Shown: positions 12,235-26,155 of the stretch, piece after piece
How positions within the stretch are numbered: position 1 is the stretch's first letter
How the letters are laid out: the number at the start of each line of letters is the position of its first letter
NCBI GenBank assembly: GCA_951406725.2
Contig: OX597815.1
Coordinates: forward strand, 197,780,001 to 197,844,000
Source of the DNA: Octopus vulgaris
Lineage: Eukaryota
Length of the DNA: 64,000 nucleotides
Reading direction: 5' to 3'
The notes under the pieces: generated by a model
What the model was told of the DNA's origin: nothing
Seen by the model: the letters and a program-made list of their open reading frames with translations, nothing else
Database searches by the model: none
Program-made: the position numbers and the translations under genes

Positions 12235-13450
12235 TATAAAAAGATAAGAGTAATATATCAAGGGGGTACGGTTAAAGCACTCAATTATAATTAAACTTGC
12301 GGCTAACCGCACATTTGGCAAGGAATATCTAGGATTATTTGACGTAAGAAATCCCAATATATTTCAGCCGATGGGTAAATCCTGGGTCTGATTTATTGGA
12401 TTATAAACCATTTACCGAGTGTATAACCAAGACGATTACAACGAATACGGAGAATATTATATCTGCACTCTATTTTTCTGTCTATCATACAGCATATTTA
12501 ATTCAAAATCTGTTATAAGTATGCTCCTGCTGCATAGACATGCATTTCGCAATTGCATTCGCACCAAGTTTCATTAATTTGGTTAAGAGTCTATGCATCT
12601 CTTTTCAAGGTTTAGTCAGTTGAAGCTAAGGAGTGTTGATTTACCTAGCATTATATTTCGTAGGGGTCAATAACATTTGAGTTTAAATAATGGGAGATGA
12701 ACATTTGGAAATCTGATACGAATATATATACGCTAATGAGTTTGACCCTATAAGGAATTTCAAATCATGAATACTAGATCCTAAAATAGGTTAGAGTATA
12801 TCTCAACTAATGCCCTACGACACCCTAGTACTAGACAGATTCCACTGAGGAGATGCATAGACATATCTGCAAAAAATTATGTCCCCCAAATTCTAGATTT
12901 TCCCACTCTACCAAAGTGAATTAAAATTAATTAGTTTCAGAGATATATGTGTACAATTACGAGCCACTAAATTAGATATAACTTAGAGAATGAGATATGT
13001 ATAACTTACTTGTAAGGCAAATCCGAATCTTTGTTCATATAAATCAAATTTAAATCAACATGTAGATTTCGCTATCTTAGTTTAATTTATATTTGAAGTT
13101 TTACATATGACGAATGTAAATTACTACAAGGATATAGGTAAACTAGATATTACATTGACATTTATCATGGATCTCTTACATAAGCGGTACTTAATTAAAA
13201 ATCTTAATTAAAAATCTTTTCTATGGAAATATAGAGATGCCTTTCCGTAAAGGTGTGCACACATTCAGGCTAGCTCCTGTTTAGTACTTAGTTACAGGTA
13301 TTTAGACATGAAAATATGAATATTTCTTCTTGGAGTAAATTGCTTATTTTTACCCCCGACTTCGTAAGGCTCTGCCCCGCTGATTTTTCCCATTATATTT
13401 TAAAACCTGATCGCATTTATAGCCGATCAGGTTTTTAAATGTTCCTCTCC
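12232..13450 (-). mobile_element. Highly degraded Penelope-like RT remnant
   Basis: Frameshifted minus-strand similarity to YRYVDD (taccgcttatgtaagagat, ~13172-13190) and LYDKRxDF (ttatatgaacaaagattcggattt, ~13019-13042). Confidence 0.4.
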
Positions 13451-13635
13451 CATTCTTTACCAAAATCTCTACCCTACAAAATACAATTCTAGCGAAACCA
13501 ACAACCCCTTAGTTCGCTTCAACCTACGAAAGTGACTAAAACTTTTAATAAAGATGCCTTGACTCTCAACCAAATGAATGAAGCTGGATGTAATTGCAAT
13601 ATGTCTGTGCCGCAGAATTATACACATATACATAT

Positions 13636-13792
13636 ATACGACAGGCTTCTTTCAGTTTACGTCTACCAAATCCACTCACAACGCTTTGGTGGGCCTGAGG
13701 CTATAGTAGAAGACATTTGCTCAAGGTGTCACGCAGTCGGACTGAACCCGGAACCATGTGATTGGTAAGCAGGCTACTTACCACACAGCCTC
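13636..13792 (-). mobile_element. SINE family A, 5' half
   Basis: acgacaggcttctttcagtt..ccaaatccactcaca..ggaaccatgtg..ctacttaccacacagcc is the reverse complement of the family A head. Confidence 0.85.
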
Positions 13793-14589
13793 TCTGAACA
13801 ATTTTTCAAGAAGTACATAAATGGCGATGTGGCCAATTTGATGTTGAGTGCCTGAAGTTCTAATCCGTTGAATTCGAAAAGAGCTTATCATAACCGCAAA
13901 TACACAATTGTCAGAAATATTTGAAATTATGCATTTCATACTGAAATATCTACTCAAACAATACTTGATATTTAGAAATATAATTAATAAATCATATTAG
14001 CGTTATCAAAATTGCCAGTCATACGAGGGAAATCATTTTAACTTAAGATATTTAAAGGTGAAATTACATGGTGATTCTTCGATATTTCTATGAGATCGCA
14101 TGCTACGCCTGAGATGTTTTAATTTTCTCGTATTATATATCTGTGTTATATATCTTAGATTTATTGCGTAAAACATTAGAGACTATCTCTTTAAAATACT
14201 TTTATTTAATAGAGAAAAGATGGTCATAGAATTATCTACAATATAACAGTCAATCGATTATATACTTTTAGAAAAATATCTTGATAATATAATTGTTTTG
14301 AAAACATTAAGTTAAAAAAATGAATTTTCAATTATTTTTACATTGTGTCTGTTAGATTCGTGAAAACAGTTCAATTCACTGATGCGGTGTATACGGGCTA
14401 ACTTTTACAGAGCTGAGTCAGAGTTAAAAGTCCACTATAATCTCGGACTAACCAAATTGGTACGGGGAAAACGTAGCAGCAGCGTGTCGCCTCACTCTTC
14501 CTCTCCATCTCTCTGTCTGTCTCTCTTTCAATCAGTCTATCAATATATCTATCAACATTTTAACGCATAAATACTCACATGCATGTATA

Positions 14590-14815
14590 TGTGTGTATGT
14601 GTGTGTGTCTGTGTGTGTGCTTATGTCAGTGTTTTTCATTCATCACCGCTTGACAACCAGAGATGGTTTGTTTACGTCCCAGTTATCCAGCGGCTCCGCA
14701 AGAGAGGCCAATAGAATAACTACCTAGCTTAACAATAAATCCAGCGGTCGATTCGTTCGATTAAGAATCCATCAAACACGACAGTGGTCTAATGAATGAA
14801 CCAAGTAAAAGATAA
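14590..14815 (+). mobile_element. SINE family A, 3' half, degenerate
   Basis: cgcttgacaacc..tttacgtccc..gcgg..aatagaataa..tgaaccaagtaaaaga matches 40345-40505. Confidence 0.7.
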
Positions 14816-14824
14816 ATACATATA

Positions 14825-15460
14825 TAGGGGTTGGACAAAATAACGGAAACACCTATCATCATAGCATCATAATTTTGAAATATCTGTAAAACCAGCAAAA
14901 GCTTACTTATTTTTATGATTTTTGATTTATTATTAGTGTTGCTTAATGTTTTGATAAAATTGCTGTTTCTTTTCAGATATCATCGGAAAAAGGTAATTAA
15001 AATTACTTAAAATAAAGATCTATAGGACTTTCAAAGAGGTCAAATTGTTGGTATTCGTACGGCAGGCGCTAGCGTAACGAAAACAGCCGAAATGTTTGGT
15101 GTATCAAGAAGAATTGTCTCGAAAGCAATGACAGCCTTTGCGAAAGAGGAGAAAAAAACCTCCTTGTCGAAACAAAACTCTGGAAGAAAACCGAAACTTT
15201 CAGATAGGGACCGTCGGACTCTTACGTGAATTCGTAGAAAGGATCACAAAAATACAGCTAACAAAATTACTGCGGAGTAATGACAACCTCGAGAAGCCAG
15301 TTTCCATTAAAATGTTGGCCGGAAGCTGCACAAAACCAGATTTCACGGGAGGACTGCAATCAGAAAACAACTACATTCAAAAATAAACGTTGCAAAGCGT
15401 TTAGAGGGGTGTAAAAACCTACAGAATTGGTTCCAAGAGCAGTGGAAGAAAGTTATTTAA
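14825..15460 (+). mobile_element. Tc1/mariner DNA transposon, left TIR plus N-terminal transposase remnant
   Basis: TA followed by (c/t)aggggttggacaaaataacggaaacacc TIR; peptide DFQRGQIVGIRTAGASVTKTAEMFGVSRRIVSK..SGRKPKLSDRDRRTL..QNWFQEQWKKVI (paired-like HTH, GRPR-like motif). Confidence 0.85.
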
Positions 15461-16620
15461 TTATATCTATATTTGGTGACAACAATATTTTGAATAAAAG
15501 CCTTTGTTGTTTGATAACGCAAGTTGTTTCACTATTTGCAGTTTCTTTAGGAGGCTATGTTGTGAATTATGTACTAATGATAATTAGGTACAAGGTTATT
15601 GAGAATATCCCACCTTATATTGATGTGGTTGTATCTCTGAAGGGGCAGTTTCAAGATGAAATGCCTTTAGTAAAAATTTCTCTGGACCTATTCCTGTAAA
15701 TGTTCATCATAGGTTATTTTTTTTATATCTGAGCAGTGTCTGATCATAATATTGAATTACGAGGAGGTGTTACTGAATGTCACTGCCTGCAAGTACTATA
15801 TGTCTCCTAGTTAGTAGTTGGTGGTATTTTGCAAGCTAAAGCTCTATGTATAAGAGGGAATATCTGTAGAGGTGTGAATCAAACCATCTAAGCATGTGTA
15901 GCCAACTTAAGGTTTAGAGAAATTAAAGAGTGTATGATAAAAATCAGTTCGTTGGGAATGTTTCTTAATTAGCCTGAAACAAACTTCGAGATACATTGAT
16001 TCAAAGATCTTGATTGAATAGAAGATTAAACTAGATTACCTTTCTACATCATTTAGCAATGTCGGTGTGGGGTGTATGATCTTTCTTATACGGTGATAAT
16101 CAGTGAAATTAGTTTAGATTTTGCTTCCTTTTGATGTGGACCGGCAGTACTGAATATCTTCGTCTGTCCATATCTTGGAATTTCTTCTGCCAATACCAAT
16201 GACTAGATTTCCAATTATAGCTAATGTTTTGTGGATTTTTGTATGGATATAAGTAATTTCCTCATTTGGCGTTCGTTACGTGTAGTATTTCCCTGTCCCG
16301 TCGTCTTGATGATGTCCAGGTATTCAATATCTTTTTGAATCGGTAGTAACAACTGTATCCAGTCGAATTCATAAAAGATAATACTATTTTTTTCTCCTGA
16401 AATTATCCGTCTTCGTTCCCAAGCTTTGAGACTGCAAGGCAAAATCTCTCCAGAGAACCGAAAGATGGGGAACGAAGACATGCTTTTAGCGTATACAGTT
16501 TATATAAGTGGTGAAGCTTAGCAGATCCAGCTGCTCCGTAGGTCCACAAGAGTATCTCGAACTTTGGGCCACATTCCTTTTATAACAAAATATGAATCAT
16601 CGTCCAAAATCTACATTACA
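15460..16620 (-). mobile_element. Very degraded LINE C-terminal region, possibly I/Nimb-like with RNase H
   Basis: Weak manual similarity: ILL*K..PKFE..YGAAGSAKL..FRFS (RT thumb region) and KIWTDE (RNase H start-like). Confidence 0.3.
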
Positions 16621-19600
16621 ATATGATTGAAAAAGAAGCGTCATTAGCTGACATTAAATATAAGTGTTGTAGAAAGCTTCCGACATCTACAGATGCTCGG
16701 TACATGCCTAATTACGACGGGTGGTTTCAAGCTACATTAGTGCATGTATTTTGATTAGACAAAGGAATGAACCAAATTATCTTTCCATTCCAAGCTCTTT
16801 TCGTTTCGAATTGTTTTCCATATTCAATAAGTTATCACTATAATATGGCGGGACCCGTCATAATATAGTGATAAGTAATATAAACACTAAGTAATATAAT
16901 CACAATATTATGACGGGTCTCGTCATAATATAGTTTTGCCTTGTTGATAATCGCGCTCTCTACCGATAAACTGAAGAGCCTTCTGCTGAGGTGTAATTAA
17001 TTTTCTAATCTAAACTTTGGTGTAGTCTTTTTTTATGAAATCGGTTTGGTTTCTTCATACAGCAGTGACTGTTTTTGCGTCATTTAAAACCTATTGTGTA
17101 ACCCAGTAAATCGACTTTAATGTCTAGAAAGGAAATACCATCATAGTTAGGCTTGTTCTGTACACTGAAAACAAAGCAAATTTATTACAATTCATTTACT
17201 TACGAAAGAGAGAAAAACTATGGGAAATAAAACTAATGAATGTACATCAAAATATGTTCTCAAACTATTGTGATCATAACCAAAACCTACAAAACAGTAA
17301 TCTATGTAAATATATTTTATAGAAACCTCGAAATTTGAACGATGACGTTGTGTACTGAAAGTTATTGTCTATACAAAATACTTCTTAATAATATATCATG
17401 GAGAAAGCGATATATAATTTGCAGGAAAGATACACTCACTGACTCGAAGGTAGATCATATGAAAATCAAATTTATTTGAACGGCCTCCTGAAAATATTTA
17501 AAGCATATTTCTGGAAAGTGCTTAGAATAACTTTCGAAAATGTTCTTACATAGTTATTTTGATCGATACAAGTATATAAGTAGAATTTTGTGAACAAGTT
17601 GTTGTTTTTAATGTATCTGAAAGAAGATAGTATACTCTAAAGACACAATGTCTTAGGGGCCTGAAGAATTCTGTCTCATTACGCAACGTATTTTTGTAGA
17701 AATTAACATACACCAATGCACAGTTAAATATATGGTAACAAGTTTTGTTTTCTCAAGCCATTTTCTATCTCTGTATTCCCACCTGGCAATGCGTCATAAT
17801 ATGTTAAATACCAATTTTCTATAAATGTGTATTCTTCGATAGAATTGTTGCAACCTTTTCTCAAAGGCTATTCTCAAGTATTTTCTTCTCAGACAAGTAA
17901 TTTACAAAATAAAAGAGAGTTGCTAAGTTTTACAGAACATTGAAAACATGCTCTACTTCTAACTTATTGTAGCTGATTAAGTGCTACCCATGAGAGGATT
18001 ATTTTAGAGAAATATTGATTTAATTAACATCGGAAAAAGCCTCTAGATAGAATAGAGAAGTTGCTGTACCTGATCATTCGTACTGCTTGTGTATAAAGAG
18101 TTATGGCATGAGTTTCAATAAGAAACAGCACTTGAATGCGTTTATTGTGAATATAGTTCGTTGCTCACAACCATACAATTCACCAGAAAAAAATATTAGG
18201 TACGCATTTATAATTACTATACATGAATTAAAATGAAAACGAAAACAAATGTTCACAAACATCCAATTCCTTATCATTTAGTTGAGAGATTTCTCGATTT
18301 GTGACAGAATTAATACGCGCATATACATACATACAAAGTACACACAAATGCACGTACACCTGTAGTTAATTATTTTTGACCTATAGAAATGTCTAGATAA
18401 ATGAAAAGCATGATGGCAACTCAGAGCAGACGTTCTATTGGTTATGTGGCCCATTTATCTGTTACAGAAATTCATACTAATTGTTATTAACCGTTTATTG
18501 AAAATGATATGTTGATTGAGTAAGGAATCTAGAAATGTTATTTTTTGTTTCTTTTTGTAACAAACGAGTCCACGTGAAATGGTAAGGAAAAGTGAGCTCT
18601 TGTTCACCGTCAGATATATAACATTTGTGTCCAAACAACAGAATAAAATATTACGTGGTATGGACTTTAAATTTAGTAGGATATAAAATATAATTTTAAG
18701 CCTATATTGATTTGGCCAATAATGGTAATATTGTATATCCTGGATAATATACTGCCTAGTCTTGTACAGATTTTATCGACCATAGGTGGACGTAAAAAAT
18801 TCTTAACATGAACATAAGTGCCATACAAAACTGAAAGTAAAGCGATATATAGAGTTAGTGATGAGAAGTAAACAATATCGACATGAAAACTTCTGGTGAA
18901 AGATGCTAGAGGACCAATCCGTATTTAAACTAATTAAAATGAATTGAAGGTATGAGTCAGTGGAATGAGAAACTGCAAGTCGGCAGTACAGAGACGACTC
19001 CGGTTATGATTCGATCCCATTAGCATAGCCTTTACAGTAGACCTTAGTGTTACTGGTGAGATATTTATCTTATTTATTAATGAACAACGAAAGACACTGT
19101 AGCATACAATATGGTATGGGTTAAGATAACGCAGGGCTGCTTGCTACCTTAACAATTAATAATGAAATAACACGAACGGATGTCGCCCGTAATGCTTACG
19201 ATTAGACTTGCTCCCCATTGCATTTTAAATTGAATCACTTTTAATTAATTTAAATGCTGGGCTGTAGGACTTGCCGTTTTTTCAGCAGAGCTAATCAATT
19301 CAATGGAAAGATTTCATAGCATTACAAAAGTTATTTTAATTAATTGATATTTCTTGGCTCGCTGCACTAATATTTTAGTCCGCTCTTTATTATTAATAAC
19401 AATGAAAGTTTTTATGATTGAGTATTTTAAAATTTATATGTTAATGAATAGACATCGAATAATCTGATCACCATGCTTTCAAGAAAATGCTGTTGCCGTC
19501 CATATAGACGTATATGAAGACATGTTAGAATGATACTACTCACAGAACTACATACGACTGACATTAAATCGTTTTCAAGGATGATTATGTTATTTCTTGC

Positions 19601-20524
19601 TCTAAAATGAATTGTGTGTTTAAGTAATATGATTTATTGCATAAATGTGAATCCATGCAATCGAACCATGTTATCACTTCATCGCTGTGTGATACATACC
19701 ACTATTATATGCTTCTCATTACACCATGATACGGCAAGAATCTCCTCTACGAATTTAATCATCCAACTAGCTATATCAGTCAAATCTCACAGTAACTATT
19801 TCCAGACGAATTGAAAAAGGGAATATATTGGGTGTTGTTGTCAGTGTGCTGGTTCTTTATAAAACAAATGCTTGTGAATATCGTCTTTCAGTGAACTCCA
19901 CTATAGAACTGTTCTTTTAAATCCCTCTCGTATTCTAAAAAGAATAAGGCAGTGGAACGTGATACTACACTGTCACACGAATTTCTAGATATATGATTGA
20001 AATATTGCTCATTAAAATATTAATGCTTTAAAAGACATCAGTAAAAAGAAGCTTTTGATAAATTAGACTTTTACAAAACAATGTAGTGGAAATGAAAGCT
20101 AAAACGTTCCCTTCATCGTTCGTGATGGATATGCAGCAGTATTACGAATGTGGTACATTAAACTGCTTGTGAAAAATTATCTTTCAAATCACACGTGAAA
20201 TATATCAGAGGGTAACATTGATTAGAGATTTGATGTCGGCGACATTCATGGATACTCATGGATTGTGATACAATTGTCAAATCTGGAGATCATGTTTTTA
20301 TAAACAAATCAGTGATAAAAATTAAAACACAGTGCAAACAGTTAACAAACAATTCTCATACAAAATTCAAGCGTTAGAAATATAGACAATACTGCACAGA
20401 AATGTATATATAATATATACATACATGCAAACATCTCTCTCTCTCTCAATATATATATGTATATACATATAAATACAAATATAATTTTATTTCTATTTCT
20501 CATATGTATATACATCTATCGGGA

Positions 20525-20692
20525 AGAATTCACAAAAAAAAAAAAAGACAGGTGGTGTAGACAACAAACAGATGTATTAGTATAACGCTCGGGAAGTGAA
20601 AAAGTCATTAATGTTTCGAGCCTACGCTCTTCCACAGAAAGGAACACAGAAAGAAACGAGGAGAGAAAATAAACAATGTGTAGTGGCTAGCG
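20525..20692 (-). mobile_element. PLE-derived repeat with degenerate hammerhead-like motif
   Basis: Minus strand CUGUGGA-A-GAGC-GUAG-GCUC-GAAAC, same layout as 29688-29720; flanked by TA/AAT microsatellites. Confidence 0.55.
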
Positions 20693-20693
20693 A

Positions 20694-20757
<64 letters not shown>

Positions 20758-21705
20758 TATACGTGAGTTTGTCGTATTCCCAGTATGTCTTACATACAAT
20801 CTTTAAAATGTGACTTTTTGTAACTAATATTAAGAAGTATTACGTTTTTTGTTCAAATCCTTTAAATATTTTTTGTAAGAGTTCTATATTTAAGAGATAA
20901 GTATTTATGTACATTATTTACATTATTTACATTTGACGGATATTTGTCAAATGTAAATATGCGTCAAATGTAAATAATGTGCCTTTTGTAATGTATACGA
21001 ACTTTGAGCGTACACATTCAACTGAACAATAACACAGATACATATTCATTATATGAGTATATAACAAATGTATTTAGATGAATGTTTGATAAAATAGCAT
21101 GAGTGATTAAATGTAACCTTTGACTGATGTCCTTGTCATAAACTATCACACGACATGCTAGCAACTAATTCAATTATTGCTCGAGCATGCAATATATATA
21201 TATATATATATATATACACGTATATATGTATATGCGCAAAAAGGCGGGCAAATATGCAAAAATATAATACACATTGGTAAATTTAATATTTATCTCATAT
21301 CTTTCTAGAGAAATATATTTTGTCATGTTTGTACCCCGTTAATCTAATACTGGATACTGAAGTGACATGCGGAGGAGAGTGGTAAACGCAGGCATAAACG
21401 CATTGATTCTCCCTCCCTATCCCGATGCTTTTTGCATTTGTGTACATTAAAAGAAGGTAATTGTTGTCACTCTATCGCCAGAGAAGAATAGGTTTTTGAA
21501 AATTCTGCGGTCTTAATGCGCTTCCAACATATGTTCGATAGCGACATTCGCATCTGTCTACACGTGATTTGTTAACATATGTTACCTTCCATTTACCCTG
21601 AGTTTCCAGTGCGTCGTATGCTTCCCATTAGTCTGATGCTAAAATATGTCTATCAAAGGACACCGAATATTAATGTTATCATTGTAAGCAATGAATTCGA
21701 CATTA

Positions 21706-22021
21706 TTTTGCTGCCTATTTTGAGACAGGGTTCAAGCATTTGAGCTTAACCAATCTATAGAATAATATTTGAGATGTGGTCACATATAAAAATGGAACCG
21801 TTGCTGCAGGGATAAAGAGCTTCAGTGGTTTTTTTGCTGCTTATTTTGTGACAGGGTACAAGCATTTGAGCCTAACCAATCTATAGAATAATATTGTGCG
21901 TGACTCGAGGCATGCTAGACTTGAGTATTTTGCTCATTGCATTTCAATCGCTTCTATACATGAGATGTGGTCGTGTATAATAATGGAACCGTTGCTGCAG
22001 GGATAAAGAACTACAATGGTT
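21706..22021. repeat. Local imperfect tandem duplication (A-B, A'-x-B')
   Basis: Blocks ttttgctgc..gacaggg..ctatagaataatatt and tgagatgtggtc..ggaaccgttgctgcagggataaaga each occur twice. Confidence 0.85.
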
Positions 22022-22599
22022 GCTAGACATATGGCAGTTAGTGCACTGTACCGCATTTGCAATTATGAAGCCAATAACAATATGAGGCAGTGGCAACAAC
22101 AAGAAAGACAAAAGAAACAGAAATGTCCATAAGAAAACAATATCATTATTCATTTGACATATCTGTCGTATAATTCATTCCGTGTTTTGTCTTTGTCGAT
22201 TTTATGAAATATTTGCTGTTAGGACTCACTTGCATGTTTTAAGCTCCAGCACATAAAACTGTATCATTAACTACTGTTGATTTCCTATATGTCATCTGTT
22301 ATCATTAACAGCCGACCAGATGGTATACAGAGACTCTATTGTTCATAGAGTTCCCTGTGCATATCATAAAATGCTCAGTTTACCTCTAATTACATTGAAG
22401 TGTGGAGACCGCTTTCATTTTGTGAAATTCATGTCTACAAGCAGCACATGCTGTGCAAACTTATTCATTATCTCTTATTATAACTTATTCATTATTCTAC
22501 AATACCGAATTAACCTGTGTGTTTTTTACACCCTTACATGTTCTTCGGGACCCAGTTATTCACTGACAAGATTGCGATGAAGATAAGCGACCATACTAC

Positions 22600-22985
<386 letters not shown>

Positions 22986-23309
22986 TTATTAAACTTGAAT
23001 TTGATGTTAATGTTCTTACTTTAATACTTTTCTTTCAATACAAAAAAAAAAGAAGTTAAACGCTTTAAATTTAAAGCATATTATATCGCCTTTCAAGTTC
23101 AAAAGCCTAGCTTTTCTTTCGTAATTCTTCCCCATCCCAGTTACATTTTTATAATTGTAGTTTTCTTCTCTGCCTCCATTACCTATTCAACTAACAGTGT
23201 TATTGATTTCTTACCTTACTTGCATTAAGTTCTTAATCGTTTTCATGGTTTAATCATACGTATATGTATGTGTGCATGCATCACCTACATGTATGTATGC
23301 GTGGTGTAG

Positions 23310-23670
<361 letters not shown>

Positions 23671-24419
23671 CAAACATACATAGCTATAATACGTATCCTT
23701 TCCCTGTTTTGTTTTTGTCTTAACGTAAGATCAGCTTAATGTTACCTACAACTTTTTTCTTACTTCAGTATTTTATCAGAAAATGTAACTGAATGGAATA
23801 ATGGTAAATACGGCAACAATAAATGGCGCAAGTATCGTATAAATTAAAAAAAAAACAACAACAAAAAAACAGAATTACAATTCTATATAAATAATATGAA
23901 AACTATAAGAAGGCAAATAATAACCAAGCAGGCTGACGTTCTTGAATAAGAAAATAAACTGTATCATACAATGGATTACTTAAATGAAATTTAACTAAAA
24001 TAAAGAAATATTAACCTTAATACTGTAAAAGAGCATGAAATGAAAATAAAATGTGCATGAGATTCAGAATTTTAATGGAAAGCACTAAAACGTATGAGTT
24101 TTTAAAGTATCATACAATATTCTTCTTCCTTCGCACATTCCATTTCATTCCTTTCTCTTCTCGTCATCTGCAATTTTATTATAACGACTTCTAATATGTG
24201 CTTGATAGTGTCTTAGCAACGAAGTTTTATCGTGGCGTCATTTGCAATAGAGCAATGACGTAAGCTGCTGTCTACGTTTACTCTGATAGAAAGACAAAGA
24301 TGACTTTTCGTGTGAATAAGTTTTGTGGTAGCTATATAAAAAAACACAGGGTTAAACGATATATAAATATTAGATACCTATATACCTACCTACCTGTCTA
24401 CCTACCTTTCTTCCTTCCT

Positions 24420-24779
<360 letters not shown>

Positions 24780-24782
<3 letters not shown>

Positions 24783-26155
24783 TAAGATTCAGTTTAATTA
24801 AATACTTAAATTAGGCCTCCTTATAAGTTAAATATAGCCCGCACAGCTCCAAGTTAGGTGAGCCTGCTCGGCTCCAAATTAGGTGAAAAGAATGTAAATA
24901 AGTAGCAGATGTCAATACATTACGGCTGTTTCAAAGGGCTCCATTCAATTGATCAATGAACACAGTACATCAATTTGAATGAAACCGCTCTCTTCAATGC
25001 AGATGACCTTATAGATTTCAAATACAAATGATAAATCATATTTTAACAAATTTCCATCAATAATAGGAACTAAAATAATTACATTGTTTCCTTATGTTAT
25101 ATCTGTGGCAGAATGTGTTTAGAAAATAATACATACCTTATTAAGCCTTCTATAATTTAGAGAGTAGCAGAGGAAACGTAGTGGGTGTCAAGATAAAGGT
25201 GTGGTGACGTAGCTATTTATATTTAGAAGATTTCATATAGCGTGTAGTCTTCAACCATTTACAATTAAATCCGTTGGGAGTTGTCAACCGTATTCTAGTT
25301 GATAATGATAAATCAATTAATATCGAACAATCTCCCAGATCCTCATTGTACTGGAACCATATATCTTGCTTTATCTACATAAGAAATGGTATGCCGCAGA
25401 ATGGCTAGTAAGAGAATGACTGAAGGGGAAGTGGTGGTAGCGTGAAGAAGGAAGGATAGGTGTGGCCAATAATTATTTAGATTATCAAATAAAGTGGAAT
25501 ATAATGAAAAACAAGAGAAATAAGTAATATAAGCTTTAAGAGTGGAAATTGGAATTGAGGGATACAGGAGGTAGTAATTCATATATTAGCAACGTATTGT
25601 ATTATATTAAGAAAATTTAAATCAAGGGGCGACATCTAGGAGCATTGCGGAACGACTAAATGACCATCAGAGACAATATGACGACAAAGAACAGTCCTCC
25701 CTACTCTATCAACATGCTAAAAAGAAGATAGAAATAAAGATATTAAAGCATTTCTACGAACACTATTAAGGTGGTCATAGTAAAACCGTTCTACAATAAA
25801 TATATAACTGAAATAAATTATCATCTGAGAAGGAGTACGCAGTATATATTAAAGCAATAACATGGATTATTTTCTTCATTACAGGAGGATCAGTATAAGA
25901 TATTGACAATATAGAATCGAATAGAAGGGGTAATTGAATTAGAGGCATACTAAATGTATAAGGGATTACATGCGGAAGCAATAGCTAAACCGATTTGGGT
26001 ATGTAAACATTTAGTGAGTATGGCATACTTAAAAAAGATAAGGATATCCATATCCAGTAACAGAAATCTATATGGTTATCTGCACTGAAGAGAGCGGTTT
26101 CTTGCAAAATGACGTAATATTTTCATTGATCAATGAAATAGAGTCGTTTGAAACA
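24780..26155 (+). mobile_element. Penelope-like element remnant: GIY-YIG fragment between inverted hammerhead-bearing repeats
   Basis: SNVLYYIK then QGATSRSIAERLNDHQRQY..SSLLYQHA (25588-25725); 24927-25019 is an inverted copy of 26063-26155, both with (C/U)UGAAGA-long stem-GAAAC. Confidence 0.7.

Noticed and set aside
12295-12372. Possible hammerhead (cggct...agccg arms, minus strand)
   Set aside because: Core boxes CUGANGA and GAAA are not intact.
13402-13435. 12-bp hairpin aaaacctgatcg/cgatcaggtttt resembling an intrinsic terminator
   Set aside because: Eukaryotic context; probably part of the adjacent TE relic; no function supportable.
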